A stretch of 63,584 nucleotides of DNA, counting the filler, from Chiloscyllium plagiosum (taxonomy: Eukaryota): assembly GCF_004010195.1 (NCBI RefSeq). It is 6 parts of one record of this genome, joined end to end, with 100 filler letters (N's around TTAATTAATTAA, not from the genome) between each part and the next. Parts side by side here need not be neighbours in the genome. Positions count along the whole stretch, not along the records: positions 1 to 19,597 come from NC_057717.1; 5 more parts are not named here. The stretch is one strand, 5' to 3'. The notes beneath the pieces were generated by a model. That model made no database searches. It saw nothing but the letters and a program-made list of their open reading frames with translations, and had not been told where the DNA came from. Both the position numbers and the translations under genes were made by a program. Numbering within the stretch: the stretch's first letter is position 1; each line of letters opens with the position of its first letter. Below, piece by piece: positions 1 to 9,917 of the stretch.

Positions 1-952
1 CCTGTAGCTACAATCTGGGTTCCCATGCCCCTGCAGAGTTAGTTTAAACCCCTCCCAAGAGCACTAGCAAACCTCCCAACAAGGATACTGGTGCCCCTTA
101 GGTTCAGGTGTAGACCATCCTGTTTATAGAGGTCCCACCGTCCCCAGGAAGAACCCCAGTTATCCAAATACCGGAATCCCTCCCTCCTGCACCATCCCTG
201 TAGCCACGCATTTAACTGTTCTCTCTCCCTATTCCTCGACTCTCTATCACGTGGCACGGGTAACAAACCAGAGACAACAACTCTGATCGTTCTATCTCTG
301 AGCTTCCAACCTAGCTCCCTGAAAGCTTGTCTAACATCCTCAGCACTCCTCCTACCTATGTCGTTGGTCGCAATATGGACCACGACTTCGGGCTGGTCCC
401 CCTCCCCCTCCAGGACCCGGGAAACACGATCAGAGACATCACGTACCCTTGCACCTGGGAGGCAACATACCAAACGTGAGTCTCTCTCGTTCCCACAAAC
501 CGCCTATCTGTGCCCCGAACTTTCGAGTCCCCAATTACTACTGCTCTGCTCTTCTTCACCCTTCCCTTCTGAGTAACGGGGACAGGCTCCGTGCCAGAGA
601 CCTGAGCCCCGTTACTTACCCCTGGTAAGTCATCCCCCCCACAAGTATCCCAAACGGTATACTTGTTCTTGAGGGGAACGGCCGCAGGGGGTCCCTGCAC
701 TGGTTGCTTCCTCCCAGTCCCCCTCACTGTAACCCATCTATCTGCCATCTTTGGAGTTACTCCTTCCCTATAACTCTGATCTATGACCCCCTCTGCCTCC
801 CGAATGATCCTAAGTTCATCCAACTCCAGCTCCAGTTCCCTAACACGGTCTTGGAGGAGCTGGAGATGGGTGCACTTCCTGCAAGTGTAATCGGCAGGGA
901 CGTCGATGGCATCCCTCACCTCATACATGTCATACATGTTGCAGGAGGAAAA
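1..952 (-). mobile_element. CR1-clade LINE ORF1 (zinc finger/coiled coil plus SGNH esterase), single frameshift, runs off the window start
   Basis: ORF 356-976 has SSCxMYE...YTCRKC followed by a Leu-heptad stretch and VIGDS. ORF 39-473 has CCLPGARV, VVHIATND, WCRREGFRYLDNW and DGLHL. The two frames join through a 1-nt deletion near 497. Confidence 0.92.
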
Positions 953-954
953 GT

Positions 955-1115
955 ACTGATCAAAGCCTTTATACACAATGCTACTTCACCGTGGTGGCCT
1001 TTTTATCCTTCTTGTATAAATGCTGAAAGCCTTCGATTATCCGGTTTTCAGTCTTGGTCACATTGCGGCCATATCTGTCTTGTTTCATTCTATTTGTTCT
1101 ACTGTTCCACTGGCC
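955..1115 (-). mobile_element. old CR1 endonuclease remnant, inverted paralog of 63390-63560
   Basis: Shares GTGAAGTAGCATTGTGTATAAAGG..GATCAGTA and flanking similarity with 63522-63557. Confidence 0.45.
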
Positions 1116-2499
1116 TTGTTGAAAAAACAGGAAGGAATTTAGGGATGACAGCAAGTGCCAGAAACCATGACGAATGTAAATTTGGGAAAAGTTTACAGAG
1201 ATAGGAAGACGTGCGAAGACAGTGGGATATTACAGAGATATGGATTGTTCTAGGGGCTGAAGGACATTACAAGGACAAAGATAGTTTTAGGTTTTGGTTG
1301 AAGTGAAAAGTGAGCTGGATCAGCCAGATCAATATTTTGTCTACCGTAAACGTGCAAAGAGAAACTCTCCACAAAACCTGACGAAAATGATTTCCGTGTC
1401 TATCTGTATCAGAAAAAGAATACAACAGATGTGGGAGATGGTGGGAGGGCTGAGTGGTGTTGGGAGAAGTGGTTAAGACACACAAGACCTACAGATAGAG
1501 CCCACACTGTGACAGGTAAACTGATCTGTCCTACCATAGAGATTTGGGTCAATGATGCAGACTGAATTCGTACCAGATGAAACAAGTATTGTTCTCATAA
1601 AATACTTTTCAATTGTAACATTTCAGGAAGTGAGAATTTAATCTTATCTGAGGCTCTGTTGAGTTGACCCTGATCAAGGATTCCTACCTGGGAATTGCTG
1701 TCTTTCAGCAGTCACTTCTGTTGTAACAATGTAAATTTGGAGTCACATGCAGATATAGACACAGAATACGTAAGTACATTCAGAACTGAACAAGCCCAGC
1801 GCATTAATATTTATTGATACTCGCATCCATTCTGGAAATGAGTCCCACAATCAGATCAGGGAAATCCCATGCTTCTTGACTTGCCTGAATATTGTCAGCT
1901 GCTCTCACCTATCCTGGAACTGATCTCCCAAATACAATTTGGAAGATTACAGACTCTGCTCAGCCTTTGTAGGGTCAGCTGCTCGCACCTATTCTAGTAT
2001 GGAGTCCCACAGTTAGAACAGGCAGATCCCAAACTCAATAATAGGCCCATACATTTGAAGTTTAGTAGCATGATTTCCTCTTCAAACTATAGCTAAACAG
2101 GCAAACCACAGATTATTTTCTCTGTGCCTACAAATATCAGTCTCTGCAACATCCCTCATGTTCTGTCACCCTTCCCATCTCTGTAAATCCTCTACTTTCT
2201 ACAAACAGTCATACATTTATGACATCCTTCAAAAACAAAATCTACCCCTATTCCTGAAAAGCCATTCCTCCTCCTGGAGAAGGTCACAGATATACAGACC
2301 GATCAAGTTTGTGAATGAGATTAGAGATAATAAGGACGTTATAGGTGAAGGGGTTTGAGATAGAGAGCTTGCAGAAGACAAAAGAAAACCTTGTATTGGC
2401 ACTGCAGAAGATTAATAAGACGAGGTTCTCCTGAAAGTAATGTGACTTTTCTTTGAAGATTTCATAGCGAGTATTGCTGTAGCGGGAGGAATTTCAGAG

Positions 2500-3125
2500 A
2501 CAGTGAGATTTGAAGGGGCTAATGAAGATTCAAGATACATAGAGGGTTCTGGATGGAGAATACTGAGGGACCTGGATGGAGTGGACGTGGGGAAGATGGT
2601 TCCATGATTTGGAGAGACTCGGGCCCAAAGAGAGAGCTTCAGAGTGAAGGGACGCCCCTTTAGAATGGAGATGTGGAGCAATTTATTCAGTCAGAGGGCG
2701 ATAATGTGGGGAGCTCACTGCCTGAGGGGAGCTATGGATCAGAAGTAATTCAGTGCATTAACTCAGATAGATAGGTTCTTGTCAGGGGTGTTGTGCTGGA
2801 AAAGAACAGCATGTCAGGCAGCATCCGAGGAACAGGAGAATCGACATTTCTGGCAAAAGCCCTTCATCAGGAAAGGACTGATAAAGGGCTTTTGCCCGAA
2901 ATGTTGATTCTCATGCTCCTCGGATGCTGCCTGACCTGCTGTCCTTTTCCAGCACCACACTCTGAACTCTAACCTCCAGTATCTGCAGCCCTCACTTTCG
3001 CCTGATAGATAGGTTCTTAATGAGTAAGGGGATGAAGGATTACAGGGACTAGGTAAGAGAAACAATTCCACCAACATTGAATAGTGGAATAGACTCGATG
3101 GTCGAAGTAGCCTCCTTCTATATCT
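2500..3125 (+). mobile_element. degraded CR1 3' end, interrupted by a PLE-derived insertion
   Basis: CR1 C-terminal/3'UTR-like motifs (AGAGTGAAGGGACGCCCCTTTAGAATGGAGATG, GATAGGTTCTT, GACTCGATGGTCGAAGTAGCCT). Confidence 0.7.
2781..3003. mobile_element. fold-back (hairpin) Penelope-derived insertion with two hammerhead-like motifs
   Basis: Inverted arms 2788-2870 and 2878-2960 with a 7-nt loop. Flanked by a perfect 15-bp direct repeat GATAGATAGGTTCTT (2766-2780, 3004-3018). Confidence 0.85.
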
Positions 3126-3146
3126 GTTCACAGAAACCCAACAGTG

Positions 3147-3337
3147 TGGACAACGTTCCATGGCCACCTCTCCTAACCTGCACATCTTTGGACTGTGTGA
3201 GGAAACAGAAATACCTGGAGGAAACCCACCTAGACACAGGGAGATCTCCACACTGCCAATCGCCCGAGGCTGGAATCGAAGCCTGATTCCTGTTGCTGTG
3301 AGGCTGCAGTGCTAACCACTGAGCCACCGCGCTGCCT
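3147..3337 (-). mobile_element. HE1-type tRNA-derived SINE, truncated
   Basis: Reverse complement begins GGCAGCGCGGTGGCTCAGTGGTTAGCACTGCAGCC; homologous to 6821-7139. Confidence 0.85.
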
Positions 3338-3479
3338 CCGGGCCATCGGGATGGGCTTATTCATCTGCTTTTGAATTGTGCAGTTATCATTTCTGCTATG
3401 TTGTTTACCATACATTCCAACACTTTCCTGATCATTACCGTCACCTCTTGGTTTCAGATAGACTGCAGAAAGCTACATC

Positions 3480-3870
3480 ACAAAGTAACTTGGAAATTCT
3501 TGTGTATAAATCTCAGAACAGTGGTTTACAGGGTCAGCAGGTCATAGAAAGGGCAAATGGAATGCTGGGATTGACTCCAAAGGGAATGGTGAATAACAAT
3601 AGGGAAGGCTTGTAATAACTACAGAGGGTTCCAGTCAGCTCACAATGAAAATAATGTGAACAGATGTGGGCCCCTATCTAGAGGGAAATGTTCTTGCATT
3701 GGAGGCAGCCAAGCGAAGGTTTGACAGACTGTCCCTCAAAATGGAGGGATATTGATGAGAAAAGCTGGAGAAGGTTGAATTTGAACTCATGAGAATTTAG
3801 AAAATTAGGCAAATCTACTGATACATCAAAGATTCTTTGGTCTTCTTACAGGATCTGTACTGAGACATTG
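3480..3870 (+). mobile_element. degraded CR1 RT C-terminal fragment
   Basis: Translates to QQVIERANGMLG (CR1 QVxKKANGML motif) and continues with CR1-like sequence. Confidence 0.6.
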
Positions 3871-3879
3871 CTTCCCTGA

Positions 3880-4771
3880 GAAAGGATCTGTAAACGGAGA
3901 TAAAGGAGAATGTAGGCACTCGGGAAGCTTACAGTGAAAAGCAGGGTTGTAGAGACTGGAGGATGTTACAGAGTTGGGGTGGTTTGAGGTCACTGTTGGT
4001 AGTTAGAGATCAGACAGATTGTTGGGATGAAAAATATCACAGAGAGGTACAGGGTTATCAGTCCTGAAGGAGTTACAAAGATAGGGAGGGTGGTATTTGG
4101 AGTTGTAGGGAGGGTTGTAGGGCCTCGGCAATACACTGATAAGGATGTTCGTTGGCTCTGCAGGCGTTTACTGAGTTAGGAAGGTTCAAAGGGGCTGGAT
4201 CAGTTCAGAGCCAGGGAAAATTGTAAGGATTGGAGGAGCCACAGATACTAAGGGTTGTAAGGCTGCAGGAGTTCAGACAGTTATTGAGGGCTGTGAAAAC
4301 AGGTTTGCAGCATTCCCATCCATTACACACAGATGTGGAATGCTGTTAATGAGGAGGTTACAGAAATTGAGAAGGTTGTAGATGTTGGAAGATATTACAA
4401 AGACAGTTACAAAGCTGTAGTATTTGAGGAGGTTACATCGGCAGGATGCATTGAGGGATTGGAAGCTGCTTCAGGTATTAAATATGCTGCAAGGGATCAA
4501 TAACCTTACATCGATCAGGAGCACTGGAAGGTCTGGAAAAAAAGAACGAGAATTGCAGAGATTGAAGAATATCACAGAGATGGGGAGTAACATTAGTATG
4601 AGGAGTTATAACATGAGATGAGCTGTATTCAATGGAGTCAGGGAAGTTACAGGGAGATCCAAAGGGACTACAGGTGATCAAAAGGACAGTGAGGATTCTC
4701 AGTGCAGGGTGAGGTAGTTTACGCAGACAGGGAGTATTTTATGGAATGGTGTTATTTACAGAGACTAAGAG
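3880..4771 (+). repeat. degenerate purine-rich satellite (GGCTGGAGGAGGTTACAGAGATAGGGAGGGTTGTAG-like units)
   Basis: Recurrent GTTACAGAG, GGGTTGTAG and CTGGAGG motifs. The same motif family occurs at ~6000-7750, ~13900-14500 and, inverted, at ~57700-58850 and ~60200-60850. Confidence 0.6.
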
Positions 4772-5658
4772 NNNNNNNNNNNNNNNNNNNNNNNNNNNNN
4801 NNNNNNNNNNNNNNNNNNNNNNNNNNNNNNNNNNNNNNNNNNNNNNNNNNNNNNNNNNNNNNNNNNNNNNNNNNNNNNNNNNNNNNNNNNNNNNNNNNNN
4901 NNNNNNNNNNNNNNNNNNNNNNNNNNNNNNNNNNNNNNNNNNNNNNNNNNNNNNNNNNNNNNNNNNNNNNNNNNNNNNNNNNNNNNNNNNNNNNNNNNNN
5001 NNNNNNNNNNNNNNNNNNNNNNNNNNNNNNNNNNNNNNNNNNNNNNNNNNNNNNNNNNNNNNNNNNNNNNNNNNNNNNNNNNNNNNNNNNNNNNNNNNNN
5101 NNNNNNNNNNNNNNNNNNNNNNNNNNNNNNNNNNNNNNNNNNNNNNNNNNNNNNNNNNNNNNNNNNNNNNNNNNNNNNNNNNNNNNNNNNNNNNNNNNNN
5201 NNNNNNNNNNNNNNNNNNNNNNNNNNNNNNNNNNNNNNNNNNNNNNNNNNNNNNNNNNNNNNNNNNNNNNNNNNNNNNNNNNNNNNNNNNNNNNNNNNNN
5301 NNNNNNNNNNNNNNNNNNNNNNNNNNNNNNNNNNNNNNNNNNNNNNNNNNNNNNNNNNNNNNNNNNNNNNNNNNNNNNNNNNNNNNNNNNNNNNNNNNNN
5401 NNNNNNNNNNNNNNNNNNNNNNNNNNNNNNNNNNNNNNNNNNNNNNNNNNNNNNNNNNNNNNNNNNNNNNNNNNNNNNNNNNNNNNNNNNNNNNNNNNNN
5501 NNNNNNNNNNNNNNNNNNNNNNNNNNNNNNNNNNNNNNNNNNNNNNNNNNNNNNNNNNNNNNNNNNNNNNNNNNNNNNNNNNNNNNNNNNNNNNNNNNNN
5601 NNNNNNNNNNNNNNNNNNNNNNNNNNNNNNNNNNNNNNNNNNNNNNNNNNNNNNNNNN

Positions 5659-6000
5659 AGCTGCTGGAGTAGTTATAGAGTAGGCTTGCTAGATGGGGAG
5701 TAATATCACTGGTGCAGTTACAAAGTTGGGGGGACGGGGTGTGACATCGCTATTGAAGCAGTTACAGAGTAGCCTTGGCAGATAGGGAGTGATAGAGCTG
5801 CTGGAGCAGTTAAAGAGTGAGCCTGACAGATGGCTAGTAACGGCCAGAGCAGTTACATAGTAGACTTGACAGATGGGGAGTGACATAGCTACTGGAGAAG
5901 ATACAGAGTAGGGTTGACAGATGGGGAGTGATATAGCAGCTGCAGCAGTTACACAGTTGGCCTGAGATGGGGAGGGATATAGCTGCTGGAGCAGGTGACA
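5659..6000 (+). repeat. minisatellite, ~46-48 bp unit, ~7 copies, running into a gap
   Basis: Repeated GCTGCTGGAGCAGTTACAGAGTAG..TTGACAGATGGGGAGTGATATA. Confidence 0.85.
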
Positions 6001-6488
6001 GATTTAAGGAGGGCTCTGGAGGCTGGTGTAGTTTGCAGAGACATGGTGGACTGATGAACGTCAGAAGTTCATATCGACAGGGAGGTCTGTGGTTGCATGA
6101 GAAGGTAACAGAAACAGTGAATGTTTCAGTGTTGGAAGTGGATTCAGTGTGTGGGATAACGTCGCAGAGGTAGGCGCCGCCATAGTGATTGGAGGAGCAC
6201 ACAAATGGAGGGATGCTATAGGATATGATATTCCAGAGATAGGGAGTGTTCCAGCGGATAAAGGAAGTTACAAAGATAGCTGGGGTTATCGGTTTGGGAG
6301 AGTTGGAGAGGCTGGAAGAGATTGGATAGATGGGGAGTATTCCATGGTCTGAGAAAATTCCAGTGATTGATGATTGTGTAGTTTATACAGATAGTGGGGA
6401 TAGTGGGGACTGACAGAGATACAGAGCCAGGGAGTGCTACACAGAAACATAGGAAAGAGGGGCAGTTGTAGGCCATTCTGCCGCACCA

Positions 6489-6620
6489 GGAGAAGGTCAG
6501 CTCTGCAGATGCTGGAGATCAGAATCAAGAGTGTGTTGCTGCCAGACCCACTGTGCTTTTCCAGCATCCGAGGATCAGGAACATAGACGTTTTGGGCCAG
6601 AACCCTTCATCAGGAATGAG
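6489..6620 (-). mobile_element. PLE terminal fragment with hammerhead motif and an internal 20-bp micro-inversion
   Basis: Reverse complement contains CTGATGAAGGGTTCTGGCCCAAAACGTC; homologous to 24843-24972 and 48740-48860. Confidence 0.8.
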
Positions 6621-6820
6621 TAGTAAGGAAAGGATGGTGTACAGAGATAGGGAGGAACTGGAAGAATTTACTGCGATAGTGAGATTTGTGGTGATGGTTT
6701 TTGCGATTGGATGAAGTCAGTAATACAGAGTGGTGTAGACACTGGATGGTTCTTCAGACTGAAGGAGGTTACAGAAAGTGAGAAGTGTAGGGACTGGGCT
6801 TGGATACAGCAACAAAGAGG

Positions 6821-7139
6821 ATTAGATTAGATTAGATTACATTTCAGTGTGGAAACAGGCCCTTCGGCCCAACAAGTCCACACCGACCCGCCGAAGTGCA
6901 ACCCACCCATGCCCCTACATTTACCCCTTACCTAACACTACGGGCAATTTAGCATGGCCAATTCACCTGACCTGCACATCTTTGGACTGTGGGAGGAAAC
7001 CGGAGCACCCGGAGGAAACCCACGCAGACACGGGGAGAACGTGCAAACTCCACACAGTCAGTCGCCTGAGGCGGGAATTGAACCCGGGTCTCAGGCGCTG
7101 TGAGGCAGCAGTGCTAGCCACTGTGCCACCGTGCCGCCC
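6821..7139 (-). mobile_element. full-length, young HE1-type SINE
   Basis: tRNA-like head with A box (TGGCACAGTGG) and B box (GGTTCAATTCC), CR1-like 3' end and (TCTAA)n tail. CpGs are retained. Possible 7-bp TSD AGAGGAT/ACAGGAT. Confidence 0.95.
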
Positions 7140-8151
7140 ACAGGATGTTTCATGTACATGGATGGTTTAGTGACCTCGTGGTTACAGAGATAGGAAGGCT
7201 GGTAGTGACGACAGGGGTAGAGTTAAGGAGCAGTGTCGTGATGGGAGAAGGTCACAGCGATAGAGGAGATTGCAGACATTGGGAGGGTTATTGTGGCTTC
7301 AGGACACTGTACACAGGGAGGGCTGCCGGGATGGGAGTAGGTTACACAGACAGGAAAGGCTGGAGGAGTTTATACAGATAGAGAGGTCTGTAAGGATGGT
7401 GGATGACTTAGAGGCCGTGTGGTGGTGTAGGATGGGAGGCAGGAATGTTATAGGGATTGAAGGTTACAGTGATATCGTGTGCTGTAGGGGCTGGAGGAGG
7501 ATACGCAAAGGGTCGAGGCTAGAGGATGTTACAGAGACAGGGTGGGCTGGAGGTATTGTGCAAGATGACAGAAAAAGAGATTATTGTAATGATGGGAGGA
7601 GGAGATTCCTGAGATTTGGCATGACATCCAGTCTGGAGCATTTTACAGTGACAGGGAGATAGTCAGCATTGAAGTAGGTTTTAAATTTGTAGAGGGATTG
7701 TAGGGAGGGGGTGAGGTTACAGAGATAGAAACTGTTCTCAGAGTTAAAAGCATTCAAGGCACTAGCTCAGATGAGTTGGACTGAAGAGTCTGTTTCCTTG
7801 CTATATGACTTTATGGTGCGACAATAGAGAATGTTGGAGTGTAAATAGAGAACATAAAGATCCCAGGCTTCAATAGCACCTTCTCGTGGTCGGCCTATTT
7901 TCCCCTCCATTGTCCTGATGCTCACTATGACAGCATAGGCCTGGATTGATAACTGTGACACTCCCGATGCTGTCTCAGACAAGCTCAGTACAGCAGAGCT
8001 GAAAGTAATCCTCTCACAAATAATGGGGATTGAGCCTGGGAGCTTTATGCTCTGTGTTCACCCTTCAGCACTGTATCTACGTCATGTCTTGAGGGCTGAT
8101 GTTTTGAGCTATTTAAATGCTCTCTGCTCTGTTCCCTGTGAATGATCTTAC

Positions 8152-8286
8152 CTCACTGCAGGATTTATTGAGGACTCCAGATCTCCCTGCCCTTTGTCTC
8201 TCTGGTTGACCTCCCATCTTCAATGTGGTGATGGATGAGACACCCAGCAGTTGGGAAGTCTATTGGGTCAGGAGCTTCCTGAGTAC
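8152..8286 (-). other. candidate internal exon, probably non-coding (135 nt)
   Basis: Acceptor ttctctctctcctgtag|G and donor GAG|gtaaga. Both are conserved in paralogs 56242-56368 and 57145-57271. All three frames contain stops. Confidence 0.55.
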
Positions 8287-8649
8287 CTACAGGAGAGAGA
8301 GAATTAGACAGAATGGGAAATTAGACTGATGCAGTGAGGGTTACACAGGGAGAATGGTACTGAGTGCCACAGAGATCTGGAAAATCCGAGACTCTACCCC
8401 TGGCCTGTGCTGCTGTGTCTCTCTGGAGTGGAGAATTCTGTTGGCTCAGGATCTGGAGTAGCTGCAAGAGTGAGAGACATTGACAGAGGCAGCAATTAGA
8501 CCCACAGTGAGGGATACCAAATGGAGAGATACTGAGTGATATCACCGGAGTGCAGGAATGATTTCAGGATCAAGCAATGGGCATGATGAAAGGTTTTTGA
8601 TACATGGTGCAGTAGGATCAGTACTCAGTGACGGTTGAGCTACGAGTGG

Positions 8650-8948
8650 GAGAGGTGATAGCCTCGTGTTATTCTCACTAGATTGTACATCCAGAATTTA
8701 ATGCCGGTGTCAGCTATAAACATCTAACTGCTTAATATCCTTTAAGGAAGGAAATCTGTTATCGACAGCAGGTCTGGCCTACATGTATCGACAGCAGGTC
8801 TGGCCTACATGTGACTCCAGACGCAGAGCAAGGAGGTTGACTCTGAACTGAAATGATCCAGCAAGCCACACAGCTCAAGGGCAGCTCGGGGTGGGAAATA
8901 CACGCTGGTCAGCCAGAGAGGGCAATATCCCACGAGTGAATTAAAAAC
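8650..8948 (+). mobile_element. DeuSINE/SacSINE1-like SINE remnant with an internal 26-bp tandem duplication (8761-8812)
   Basis: GGAAGGAAATCTG..GGTCTGGCCTACATGTGACTCCAGAC core and a CR1-type tail ending GAGTGAATTAAAAA. Confidence 0.6.
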
Positions 8949-9917
8949 AACTCTGCTGGGAGCAGTGTCCTGGCCAGTCATGTTGGTAGGTATATGGACA
9001 GGGCTTTAAACTGACAGAGAGGAGGCAAGGACAGGGTTCAGGTGAAAGGAGCTTTCCAAATCCAAATAGAAAAGGTGAAGCATCGGAACAGCATGGAATG
9101 TGGCTGAAAACAAGCAGAAAGGAAAAGGAAGGGACAGAGTTTAACTAAAACTGTACATCAGTGAATTAGGCTGTGACAAGAAATTCTGGGAAAAAGTCAA
9201 TTACAATGTTCTTTCTTTGGAATGAACAAAGTCTCTGTGACACAGAGATAAATAATATTTAGTCACCAGAAAGATGTGGTTACAGGAGAAACAAAAGGTG
9301 GTACATAAATATTCAATTCCACACATCCTTGAGGGGGCTCAGGGAATGCAGGATGGGTAACCCTGACAGTAATGGGTAACAAAGGCATGAGAGAGAACAC
9401 ATTTGGCCTCAGATGATGCAGCTGAATCAGCCTAAATGCAGATTCTGGGTAACATGTGTCAAAACCATAAGCAGGAGAATGTTTTTCAGGCTGCCTGACA
9501 ACATTTCATTGCTCAACACTGTTACACATTCAAATGAATTCCTGTATAATGCAAAGGCACTGCGATAATTTTCGGAGACTTCAGTCTTTGTCAAAAGTGA
9601 TATTCTCCAAACTCATCATGGAATGTTTTTGTCAGTTCTCCTTTCAATAACACATTGTGTAAATGGCCAGGGATGTGACTATCTCAGATCGACCGTTGGG
9701 TGATGATGCTGAGTGAAGGAGTAATGTCACACTGAGATATCCTCTGGGAAATTGTAGTCTAGTGGAATTCAGTGAGATGATGGATTGTTAAAGTGACTAT
9801 AAAGCACACCCTACAATCACAACCAAAGCCATTTATATGTGTTTGAAAGGAGAACTGACCAAGGTAAACAGGGGAGTGAAATGTGTAGCTGTAAGTGGGC
9901 AGTGGAAAACATTTACA

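Noticed and set aside
4702..5703. Long ORFs made of X (also at 22.5, 37.2, 45.0 and 56.4 kb)
   Set aside because: Artefacts of translating through N gaps.
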